The notes under the pieces are model-generated. The model did not search any database and was not told the origin of the DNA. It saw nothing but the letters and a program-made list of their open reading frames with translations. From Lama glama (lineage: Eukaryota), in NCBI GenBank assembly GCA_028534125.1, contig CM052818.1:26600001-26664000 (forward strand): a DNA stretch of 64,000 bases, read 5' to 3'. Below, in pieces: positions 52,341 to 64,000 of the stretch. How positions within the stretch are numbered: position 1 is the first letter of the stretch; every line of letters starts with the position of its first letter. A program made the translations under genes and the position numbers.

Positions 52341-55300
52341 ACAGAGGTTAAAGCCACACGTGTCATATGTAATAGATTCCCTGCCAGTATCCCCTCCACA
52401 CTCACCATGCTGTGCTTGTCCACCCAAGGGCTTCCAACAGCAAGCACCTGTGACTCCACTGGGAGCTCACTGGGTGGGCCAGCCACCCCTGAAGTAATGG
52501 GGAGTGACTGCAAAGAGCATGAGGTTTGTTTTTGGGGTGATGAAAATATTCTGAAATTAGTGTGACATTGTGTTAACTTTGTGAATATACTAAAACCAGT
52601 AGATTGTACACATTTAAAAGGTGAATCTTATAGTTTGTGAGTTATATCTCAATTTAAGAAAATTGTGGGAGGGAAAAAAATCCAATCACTCAGCCTAACT
52701 GAACTATTTGGTCCACAAATGTGCCCCATGTTTTCACATCTGTGTAACTTTGCTCTTGTTTTTTCCATCTAGAATTTTTTTTCTCCCATTTCTCTCCCCT
52801 GTATTTCCAAATCCTATTCTTTCTTCAAAGCCCACTAAAATCTTCTTTTTCTATGCATTTAAACTTCCCCTGGTCAGGGGTATGTCTTGTAACTTCCCAG
52901 ACATCTTCTGTTTATTTTGCCTTTTACTTATTTTTTTTACTTTTTTCTCTATATTATAGATTTTCACATATCTTATTTAATAAACTTTAGGTTCTTGAGA
53001 ACAAGAGTTGTTTCAATTACAGATCCTATCAAGTGCCTTGCCCATAGTAGCCTTTCAAAAATACTTATTAAATCAAAACATCAAGGACTGTAAAGTTTCA
53101 AGGGGTATCTAGGGAAAAAAAAACAAGCTAAATTAACAACCTTCAGCTCAACACTTCACCATCATTCAAGTGACCATGAGACAATTTAAAGGTTATATAA
53201 GAACAATTCTTTCTGGAGACACTTGAGATTTTGAAATTTGAGGTTCATGAAACCTCAAATCATAGTACAAATTATAGTAAAATGTTCCAGTCATTAAAGC
53301 CTCCCTACTATATTAAAAATAAAAGCAACAAACATAAAACTATTCAATGACTTTATCCTGCAATGGAACACACAAAGCTATTACATTAGGAAAGCTTGCA
53401 GTGATGGCTTCTGGTCAGTTAAGGATCTGTGCAGTAGGATCTTCCTTTGATGATGTAAAAAGAAATTCATTCTATAGCCAGAGAGATTTCTGTTCCTTTT
53501 CAACTCTTTGTTATCATTTTAAATTTCCCTCCGTAGACAGAAGCTTAGCAGCTTTTCTTCTTCTGTGCTGCCAGAGCAGAAGTTGTGACGATGGAAAAAG
53601 CTCTTTTTAATGTGAATAATAATAGCTAACATTTATTGAGCATTCACCATATGAATTATTTTAAGTGTTTTCCCTGTGTTAGCTCCTTTAGTCTTTATAC
53701 AACTCATGGAGTAAGGACTTCCATTATCCATTACAATGATGATGAGGCTGAAGCACATGGAGGTCAACTTGCCTGTGGTCACACGATGCCACCTCAGGTA
53801 GACTACCTTTAATGCCCATTACATGTGTAGTGCGCTAGATGTCCCCCCCATTTAATTCGCACAACTCTATGGGATGAGTAATTATCTCCCCTCATTTTAC
53901 AGGTAAGGAAATCGATTCTTAGTGACATTAAGTAGCACGTGGTTACTAAATGGCAGAATTTAGGTTAGACTCTATTTTCAAAGTCCTATCCCAACCCTTC
54001 CCATCCAGTTAGTTGCTCAGGCTGGTGCAGTTACCCATAGATCCCTGTGCTGGATCATAGGATAACTCTCTTTTTAGTTTTTTAAGGAATTTCCATCCTG
54101 TTCTCCACAGTAGCTGCACCAATTTACATTCCCACCAACAGTGTAGGAGGGTTCCCTTTTGAGAAAGGACATTTTGAAGAATACATCAAGGTCATGTCTG
54201 TTGACAGAGATAAATCCTGAAGCATTTTCCCCATAACTATTTTACAAACTATATTGAAACCCAAATGCTTTCTGAATTTTTCACATATGTTTCAAGGTCA
54301 TGGGGAAAAAAATACAAAAAAAAATCAAAAGTAATTTTCCAGTAATCATATTCTTCAAATTAAACCCAGTTCAAGCTTAAAAATAATGACTATTTCTTCT
54401 CCTGGGGCCTTAGCAAGTCAGGTTTTTCTACATTTAGGGTCTGAATTAGGTAACTCGGCTATCTTAAGTCACAAAGTGTTAACTCTTTCTGCTTGTATTA
54501 GGTAATACATGTGAATGGTTATGTTGTGTGTCATTAAGTACAAGGTGGGGGGGACCCAAGAAATGCAGGTCAGGAAGATTCACAACTATAGCCTCAGAAG
54601 AGGAAATTTATAAAGTTTATTTCATAAAACATCACGAAGAAGAAAAATCTTTTCCATAGGGGTCATTCTAATTATATTTTCTCTCACGGATAAAATTCTC
54701 ATATGGTAATACTCTTACTTATTAAACCTAATCTTTATCCCTGCAGTACTCTTTGAATAGGAATGCAGTGTCTTGAGAAAACTGTAGTTCATGTCAAAGA
54801 AAAAAATTACCAGTACAAAGACACTCTTACACACTTAAATATACTGTTGAAAGATTCATCTGAAGTGGAGATGATTTTATTTTTAAAAAGAGAAGCAGAA
54901 AAGTGGAAATGAAATGAATATATGTGTTCTCACACACATACTCAAATCCTTACACCTCTATAAAATAGCAGCTTGATTCATTTAGAAGTTACTTCTAGAA
55001 AGAGTAACTTCCGTCTCTTTAAGGACCACGAGAGAAAATGGAAGTCACTAGTGAGATGGGACTGGCTGTAAGCTGCTCCAATGAGGTCCTGGGAATCTTG
55101 CTGAGAGAGGATATTTGGGGTTGGACTAAAAGTCTGTTGGGAAGTGGAAGGAAGAAAAAGGCAAAGTTAGGTAAGAGTACTTTTTAAAAGGAACTTAAAC
55201 TTGAGGGAATTTACTTTCAATTTTAAAGTAAGAGAATAGCAGAATAAGACTCAGTATAAAATGTTAAATTGAATTAGGTATTAATGAATGTGAAACATTT

Positions 55301-56189
55301 AGTAACTTCTAATCCCAAGAAAGTTTCAGAAGTGTTTTCTAAAAAAAATCGCTTTGGAGTAGATCAGAGTTATACACAATTTTACTTGCTCTATCTTTAA
55401 TATAAATTATTTTAAAATTCTCATTTAACTTAAAATTCAAGGACATACACTAAGGTTGATGTCTTGGTATAAAAAGTAGGAACCCACTTAGGGTTTTTTT
55501 TTTTTTTTTCTATTCTAAAAAAAAAACTGCCCTCCACCTCTGCATGGGGATGGATTGTTAGACCATCCGCTTGTCTCAAAATATTTGACTTAAGTACTTT
55601 GAGATGAAATTTGTACATAAGGAGAATTAGGTCGTTTCTGGGAAATGGGTGTGTCAGCTGCTCACACTTTTCTCTCACATAAAACATGTATAATCTAACA
55701 CCTCATGTATTTTCCCTCTGGATCTCACCCCCTCTGCCTCCCCCCCACCTCCCACATTGTCACTTTTGTCAATGTCACATGGAAGCCTAAGTTGGTGATT
55801 CTTGGCTGCACTTCACTCTTATGGTAGGGGACAAACTCGAGTTTAAAGACGGACAAGTAGGAAACAAAAAAACACACTGAAAGTAGAAACTTCAATGTAC
55901 TCTGCTTTAGGTGAAGGGCTCTGGATGTATCTGCCTTGGTGTCCATTGCCCGGGGCTGTTATGCTAGACGGCCATCTGGAGGGCAAGCACTCGGCAGGGA
56001 AACAGGAAGCAGAAAGGAGATATCTCAGGGGGAAATTGCTCTCTGCTGCAGACCCCCTACGAGTTCTGCGTCCAGCTTAACACCTCTTGCCCCTTGCCTC
56101 CATCAGAGCAGACGACAAAAGAGAAAGAGGCAGTTCAGTAGCAGTAACGGGTATCAAGTACAGTGTGTAACTGAAGTAAGTAGACGCTC

Positions 56190-57000
56190 TCCTGAGCTCA
56201 CGGAGACGCCGGGACCTCGGAGGGTGTAGAGCGAGCCGCAAAGCGCCCGGAACTCCTGTTGCCCCCGCGTGGTGTCAAGACACTGAGCGACATCCCCGCG
56301 ACGCTACCACCGCGCCGGGCCCGCGGGGAGACTACAGCTCCCGACAGGCCCCGCGCGGGCCGCGCGCCCCCGCCCCTCGCGCGCCCCCGCCCCGCACGCC
56401 CCGGCCCCCCGCCCTCGGGCCTCAGGACGGGACCGGGAGGAGGGAGGAGCGGAGGAAGGGGCGCCTGCGGCGAGCGGGATCCTGCGAGGCGCGTGAAACC
56501 GCGCTGGCGCCTGGTTCGGGACACAGACGCTGGCGGACGCGGAGTTTCTCACGACCGGCCGAGCCCGCCTCTGTAAGTAGTCGCCTCAGGGGGCGCGGAA
56601 CAGACACCGAAAAAGTTAGCGCCGCCGCTTTGTTCTCCCGGTCCGTCGGGTGAGGCGGCGGCGCCCCCTCCCCCACCCGCCCGCCGGCACGCGGCGGCGG
56701 CGGCGGGACTCGGATCCTGCGCGGGGTTGGGCGGCGGCCGCCGAGGCTGGGCGGGAAGTTGGCGGGGCGCGCCGCGGGAGGAGCGGGCGGTGGGCGCAGC
56801 GGCGAGCGGGGGCGCCGGCGCGGCCGCCAGATGGGGCCAAGTTCCGGCGTGGGCGCCGACGCCAAGTTGGAGTCGCGCTCCGCCAGCGACCACCGCGCCC
56901 GGCCCCTCGGTCACAGTCTGTTACCGGGTCCCCCAAACTAGCTCTCGACGCCAGACCAGCGGCACTTAACGCTGCGGAATTTTGGATAAGCCTCTTTCCC
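56190..57000. promoter_or_regulatory. CpG island / promoter, probably of PRKD3, divergent from QPCT
   Basis: Very CpG-dense with multiple CCCCGCCC boxes; identity inferred from conserved head-to-head PRKD3-QPCT synteny in mammals. Confidence 0.8.
56430..56572 (+). other. PRKD3: Probable non-coding exon 1 of PRKD3 (start approximate)
   Basis: CT|GTAAGT donor at 56573, downstream of the GC-box cluster; gene name from synteny only. Confidence 0.6.
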
Positions 57001-60000
57001 TTTTCACTCCTTTATCTTGTACCCGTCTGAAACGAGTGAGGCAACGGTGCTCAGAGAACCTAAGCCCCTACACCTCAGTTTCCTGACTGTGTTGAGTTTT
57101 GCAAGTTGCAGCGTTGCTCCGAGTCGTTCTCACCCCCGGGAGGTTTTTCTTAAGATGAAACACTGAGGAGCGCGACTGTTTCTTTGAGCAATAAAAATAA
57201 CCACATACCACTCGATTGCCCGTTGGATATTTTATTTGAAGTCATCGCAGTCAGAAGCATAGGCCTTGCCGTGTGCGGGCACGAATATAAATCGAGCGAC
57301 AGCGTGTGCGAGACCTGCAGACTTTTCCATACACAGATTGATGGCTTGGACGTAACTGTCTCTTCAACCACACCCATCCCCACCGGAAATAAGACTATCA
57401 GTGTCATCTTTGATTAGGAAGGATAAGTTACACCCTATACTACTACTTTGTTCGACACAGCCTTAATGAGCTGTAGCCTCAAATGAAATGAAAACTTTTA
57501 AAATACCGTAATTCGTACCCTAGAAACTATGATTATATTACTCTTACACTATTTCTACTTTGTACTTAATGCTGCGGTTCTTTAAATTTTTAACAGCTGT
57601 GATTTTTGCTTAGATTAAGCCTACTTACCAACTTTACTGCAATATGTAAGGGGAATACCTGTGGATTTGCTGCTGGAGGCATCCGCAAGTTCCCCAGACC
57701 GAGGTCAAGGCCAGTTTTGCTTTGTAAAGGAACCCATTCTTCGTCCCGTTAGGATCTGGACTGAGAGCAAGCATGGAAATTCAGCCAAAAAGAAGTTACA
57801 AATTATAATGACAGTGTTTGAAACGTGTCACAGAAACCATCATGTTAGGTTTTGCTTCGGTAGGTAATATAGATGTGGTAGGCCTGATCCTAGGAGCCTG
57901 GAGTATTTGACAAGCCGATTTTCCATCCTAAGTTATATAATTTGGTATATAGCATTTAACTTTTGAGGATGACTCAGATTTAAGAATGTTGACTGCGTTA
58001 TTATCTTGAAACGAATTTTTTAAGCATCCCAGAGTGAATCTTTTAAATATACAAATTGAATTTTGTAAGCTTTCAGTTTCATGGGATGACTCTTTGAAAT
58101 AGAAATTTCTCTCAGTGAATTGTTTTTAATCTAAACACTGCCACACACAAAAAAAGCTTAATAAATCAAGTAATCAAGTTTTTGGATATTAACTTTTTAA
58201 CAGTTGTTTAGGAACTGGAAAAAATACCACAAAGGATTGGTCATTTAAGTGCACTTTTCTTTATGGACGTTTTGTTCTCGTTTTAAAAAAGACATTCTAA
58301 AGTTGATGAAAATATTACCATATTGGAGTTAATTGCTCATTTTTAAAAGAAGCTACTTTTATGGAACTTGATACATGGGGAAATTATTGGCTAGCACAGT
58401 TTTTAATTTGATTTAATAATAATCAGAGTCTGATTATGTAATTCAACTTGAACTTGTATGTGCACCTCTTTGGAGCAGCTGACTCGTTAATGAAAAAACT
58501 TAATGTACTTAGGAGATGTTTTACTTTTAATTTCAGTGTAGAAAAAAGTTTTCTCCACTTGTGTGGTTAGTTTATAGTGGCCATATGTGAGAAATTGCTC
58601 ATTGGCTATCAGCCAGTCAGATTTCTCCCATACCACTGGTGCAAAGAGAGGTGATGAAGATACATGAAGCTCAACATAGAGTCATATAGCATTGCCAGAC
58701 TGGCAGTCTGTAATCTTATTACTTGTCAGTGCCTGAGCAGAGAGCAGACATGGTGTGCTCTCTCTAATTTTCTCTGACAGTGGAAAAGACTGAAATTCAA
58801 ATACCCTAGGTCTAGATGAGCAGAATTTTAGCAGCAACAATTTAGTTGAATGCTAAGCTCTTAGGAGGGAAAGTATTATATTAATCTAGGGTAATGGTTA
58901 CATATTTGAAAATATGTAAATGCTATGAACTATGATTTTTAAAAACCAACAACAGTTCATTTGAATTTTTTATATAATATAAAAGCAACATCAGGATTAT
59001 TCAACAATTTAAGCCTGTATCAAAGCAGAACATGGAAACTGACTTCAGGACACTGGTATGTACTGCACTGAAAAAGGCCACGTGCTTTTTTACATAATAA
59101 TACAGTACATATTAACAGGAGGGAAAAAAAGACCCTGAGTTTATTAGCATTCCTAGCACACAAAACTAAAACCAAGAAAACCCATTACTGGTAGGGAGTC
59201 ATGGTAAATACTATGAATAGGAAAAAGCATTTTACCCCTTCACTTTATCCTTTACTGAGTACAAAAATGATGCTGGCCACACTCAATAATGAACTTCCTT
59301 TTGAAGTATTTACTAGCTGGATTTGTTTTGTCTCTCTGGAATCCTCTTTGCTTCTCTCTGCTTCCCTGACTCCTACTTATCCTTTAGGTCTTAGCTTCCT
59401 TAAAGGCACCTTGCCTGTGACCCCAGTTGAAATTAGGTCTTCTCCATATACTCTGTCATATCACTTTTCGTAATTTATAATTGCCTTGCTGTTTATGTAA
59501 CTATTTGTTTAATGTTTGTGTCCTACATCACTTTGTAAGCGCCAGGGACAGCAGCAGCCACTTCTGTTTTGGTCACTGCTGTAAAACCCCAGTGTGTTTC
59601 CTAATAGTCTAGCAAATAATGGACACTCAGTAAATATTTGTTGAATGAAAATGCTGCTATCAGAGCTTCTTATAATTAGAGGCTTTGCTAAGAAATGAGG
59701 TAATGTACGTGTAAGGGGGAGTTAAGGGAGGGGGAGAGAAAGAGTAGATCAACCTGTGATGTTACCATGAAGTAATTTCGGTTAAGTCCTCTAACCTCCA
59801 GAGCCTTTGTTTTTACCTTGTCTTTAATAAAAGGGCTCAGATTCATTTAGTATACCATCTTTTGATCCCATTCAACAATAGTGACAGATTGTATAAGCTC
59901 ATTTGAATGGAATATATGACAGATTAACTCCCCAAAAGAATATTTGAGATGTTCCAAATAAACATACTAGAAATGCTTGTTAGCTCATAGCCATTAGCAA

Positions 60001-61714
60001 CAAACATATCTAATTGATATATAATTTATAAATTAGTAAGGTGTACTGTTCTTAGTTTTCTGGTTGAAGCATAAAGACAAAATTAATTAGAGTTATTAGA
60101 TTCTTTTGATATTTAGTCTTAATATTTTGCACCCTATATCTTGTTGCATCTTACAGATCAAATCAAGATTCCATACGACGAAACAAGGAGAAGGAAAACA
60201 GATGGGATGAGTGGGCAGAAGCTAATAAGACAGCTCAATTAGTTTCTTCTATTTGTGTTCATGCTGAAACTTTATTTAAAAAATATTTTTATGCAAAAGT
60301 ATAACACATGGTTTACTAATAATTATCAATAGTTCTGATAGTCGATTGTAATTCCAAGACAGTTACGGGTATTTGGTTGATATTAGCATATGTTATAAAA
60401 TGGAAATATAGTGGAAAGATATCTATCAAAAATAGATCATTATCGGACACATAAGTGTGTTGTATTTTGAAGTATTTAACCTGTATACGATATTATTCAT
60501 AGATGTTTACTAACTTTTTCAAGCTTTTTTTCAGCTTTTTGAAACTACTCAGATCAGGTATGTTAAGGACCTCATTACCTCATAAGAAAACGTGTTCTCG
60601 TTAGATTGTTGGAGGTGAAATGAAGTAATATAAAGAATGTGGGCTTTGGAGTCAAGGAAGCTTTTGTGTGAATCCCAGTTCCATCACTTATTAGCTGTGT
60701 ACTTGTGGGCAACCCACAATTCCGAAACTCTGATTCCTTCTTTGTAAAACTGAGGTAAACAAATCTAGGGTCACAGCAAGGATTTAATGAAGTATCATAT
60801 CTCAGTTGCAGTGTTTAGTGTAAAGTAGGAGCTTAATTGTTAATTCCTTCATCTAATTACTGTGGGAATTGCTAAAACTTACTGAACACTTACGGTAAGC
60901 CAGGTACCATTGTAGGTATTGTACATGCAGTAGTAGCTCAGTCCTTGTAATATCTTGTGAGATAAGTAAGCAGTGCTGTTATCTTCATTTTACTGCTGTC
61001 CTCTGCAGTGATATTGAATAAAACCAGTTGTTCTCTTAACACCTTTTCAAATATTTGAAGACCATTATTCTATTTGGTTTTGTTAAACGTACTTGTCACA
61101 TGACATTGTTTTCACCTTTATCTGGATACATACTCTGTCATTTTTTAAATCAGTATAGCGCTAAAAAATGTGGACTGTAAAAATAAATACGATGGTAATA
61201 TATGCTGACTTGCAGCCAATATACAGATTGACGCTGATGTGTTCACAGTGTTGTGGGGGTTTAGGTTTACATTGGTTCTTTTAGTCACCCATTATGTTAG
61301 CAGCTCGTCTTAAACTCTTGGGTTGATAACTCCTCTAATGAACAGGCTCTAGGTCAGCATTTCTCCATTTCTATATTGCACGTTTAACTTTTTGAACTAA
61401 ATGCCTAAGCTTTACACTCATCATTGTTACAGTTTGCTTGAATTTTCGTTTATTTCTCCTAGATTGTACCATCTGAAGATTTTATAAGCATATCTTCCAT
61501 GTATTTATTGTCTTATGAATAATCGAAAACAATATAGGGCTAAGGGCAGAGTTCCAAGGCACTCCCCTAAGGACTTCTCTGAGTTGATACAGAGCAGCAA
61601 ACTTACCCAACTACAGTATCGTGCAACTCACACCCAAGCGACATATTTACAAAAATAGCATGGAATGCCATCTTTGAGTACTGTTTCTGCCAGAATACAC
61701 TATTTTTTTTCCTG

Positions 61715-61870
61715 GCTTTGCTAATTGTGTGATCTTGGGCAAGTACTTTAATCTCTAAGCCTGTTTCCTCAACTATATAATGGGTTGTTGTGAGGATTAA
61801 ATGAGGAGATACATATGGAGTGCTTAGAACAGTGTCTGGCAGATAGAACTCAGTTACTGTAAGTTATTAT
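61715..61870 (+). mobile_element. MIR SINE (other MIR-like copies near 24520-24770, 27620-27830, 60620-60850, 62455-62660)
   Basis: tgtgtgatcttgggcaagtactttaatctctaagcctgtttcctc...gttgtgaggattaaatgag core. Confidence 0.7.
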
Positions 61871-63671
61871 TTCCTCCTTCTGAAAAGGCTAATAACCACT
61901 TTTTCCCAAGGTAGAAATGTAGTTGGCATTATTTGTTCTGTTTAAATTCACGGTGACATGAATCATTAGTGATCATTGTACTCTTTTCTAGGTATTCAAA
62001 ACCCATTTGCTTTCATAATCTGTTCGCAGATTTGGCTGAGGGTTAATGTTAAGTTTATACGTGTGAAGTTTCCAAAATCTGTTTCCCAACTTCTCCATGC
62101 CACAAAACTTGAAGCACCTCTTACCCATCTCCAGGCCTTGATTATTTCTCTTTTTCTGAACTCTTTCTCCAAGATTATAGGAGTTAGCTTTGTGATTGCA
62201 CTTGCTAATTGCTTTAGCAATATGAATGGATTGCATCTTGCACTCAAATAAAGGTGTTTTGTCTCTCTTACTCACCAGGCTTAGGTTTCGGTTCTCAGTG
62301 CTCTTCCGCAACTTTAGTTTAAAAACTGAAGGAAGATAAGCAAAATATAAGTTGAGCAAATCTGCCTTCTCTACATGCTCTCTCAACCTTAACAACATCC
62401 TCTCTGAGCAGTGATTCTCTCAGTTCCTTGTTCTCTTTGAGAAATAGTATGTTATTGTGAAAACAGCACTTGGTAGGAAAGTATGAAACTTGGGTCCTAA
62501 TTCTCTACCTCTTAATAGCTGTTGATGCTGGGAAAGTTACTTTATCTGCTTTGTGCTTTAGTTTTCTCACCTGCAAAAATAATATTTGTGCTGTCAAATT
62601 CCAAAGAGATACCATGAGTTAGAGTGTATGAAACATTTACAAGATGTTAAGTGCTATACATCATAAGGTGGGATAAAAATTATTTATTTAATGTAGCTCT
62701 AAAAGCTTTTGTTATCTTTAAGCAGTTTTTTCTAAGCCTTAGTTTTTCCTGAACTTTCTCATTCCTAATACTACATCCATTTGTTTTTGCTTTTCTATTA
62801 ATGTTCATCCTAATTTGTTTAGCTCACTTAACTATTCTCCAGAGATTCATTCTACAACCACACTGGATGTTTCACTCTTTTTCATCATTGGAATTATTTA
62901 CAGGTCTATAGATAGAATTTGAATGGAAAGATCCATCTCTTGTGAGCCATGTCACTTTGCCATGGGGGTCACTTAAAATTTTTTTCTTTTGAACTGTCCT
63001 TATGTAAAACTCATACATGTGTAACTGTGCTAAGTGTTCTTTTTTACTTTTAGAAACTTTTTATGGGGAGATCAAAATCGAGATTGCTTTCCTCCTACGT
63101 TCCTGCCTTAAGTATGTCTTCTGCAGTTCTTTGTATGCCATGTAACTGTTTAGTATATGCCCTCCTGCTTCCTTAGTTTTCTGAAAGAGATCTGTCTACA
63201 AAGCAAGTCAGGACTCATGTTTTGGCAGAATTAGGCTTTTAGTAAGAAGAAGAATACTTTTATCTATGTTAGGACAGTATTATACATCTTTTGTATGGCA
63301 GAGTGGTATATACTTTATTTCTATGTGAATGTCCGTTTTACTTTTTTTGGCCCCTTCTATTTTTCTGTTTTTGTCATAACTCAGTTGTGTATTTGTGGAA
63401 TGAAAATGTTTTGATCTGCAAGTTTCAGGTAATAGGGAGGAATTCCAGGGATACTCTCTTTGAGCAGGAGGCTCTCCCTGAAATTATGCCTGTAGTGAAA
63501 AGTGGCTCTGATAACTAGACCAAAAAATGGCTACCCATTAGGATTTATTGGTGAATTATAAACATACAACCAAAAATTACCATTTTTAAAAAAAGTATAG
63601 AGATTCTTGTATTTTTGAAATAATATCAAGTGAGTATAAAGTATTAAAATTTTTTAAAAAATTTATTCCAG

Positions 63672-64000
63672 GCTGACTACATTTCAGAAAGCATCAACTT
63701 TTCATGATGGACCCATTTATCAAATGGAATATGCCTGTACTACTTTAAAAAGCTTTGTGCTTAATCCTGGAAAATTTACTCCCCTAAAATGAAAATGAAG
63801 ACATTTGAGAAGGTGATTTAAGGTGTGAACATTTGAGGAAGTGTCCCATTAAATCAGTGAACCAAAGGATAAGTACTGAATAGATTAATCCTAAACACTT
63901 ACTGTTTTTTAAACCAGGAAGATTTCATCTTGACAGAAAAACAGTTTTTATTCATTATGTATTTTATGAAACTAAAAGAGAGAGACAAGAATAGACTTAA
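63672..64000 (+). other. PRKD3: Probable 5'UTR portion of PRKD3 exon 2 (main ATG expected beyond the window)
   Basis: tttattccag| acceptor about 7.1 kb after the exon 1 donor; non-repetitive sequence; no kinase-coding sequence visible in the window. Confidence 0.45.

Noticed and set aside
56198..57030. Arg/Pro/Gly-rich ORFs in the second CpG island
   Set aside because: GC-composition artefacts with no recognisable domain
60157..60240. Possible extra exon after ttgcatcttacag in the presumed PRKD3 intron 1
   Set aside because: A plausible acceptor, but no convincing donor could be identified
61976..62398. 136-aa minus-strand ORF and overlapping ORFs
   Set aside because: Probably a remnant of an ancient LINE reverse-transcriptase region; no splice or start support, and the family cannot be assigned by eye

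Overview
Mammalian genomic DNA, most likely camelid, judging by two Vic-1-like tRNA-derived SINEs. The window holds (i) the complete 7-exon QPCT gene (glutaminyl cyclase, 361 aa) on the minus strand (CDS 8697-33112) with its CpG-island promoter; (ii) a full-length, decayed class I (gamma-like) endogenous retrovirus at 35665-44248 on the + strand, with 341-bp LTRs about 95-96% identical, a GTAT target-site duplication, a tRNA-Thr PBS, gag-UAG-pro-pol, env and PPT, inserted about 2.5 kb upstream of the QPCT start codon; (iii) a second CpG island at about 56.2-57.0 kb, interpreted by synteny as the divergent PRKD3 promoter and 5'UTR exons; (iv) ordinary interspersed repeats. The most unusual element is the provirus, which looks more complex than a simple gammaretrovirus. 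It has a decayed Cys-rich pre-gag ORF (two CxxC motifs), an intact 58-aa signal-peptide plus transmembrane ORF between pol and env that overlaps the env ATG, and an Env whose SU seems to lack the Cys-rich receptor-binding domain. Family and repeat names come from recalled consensus sequences, not from database searches.
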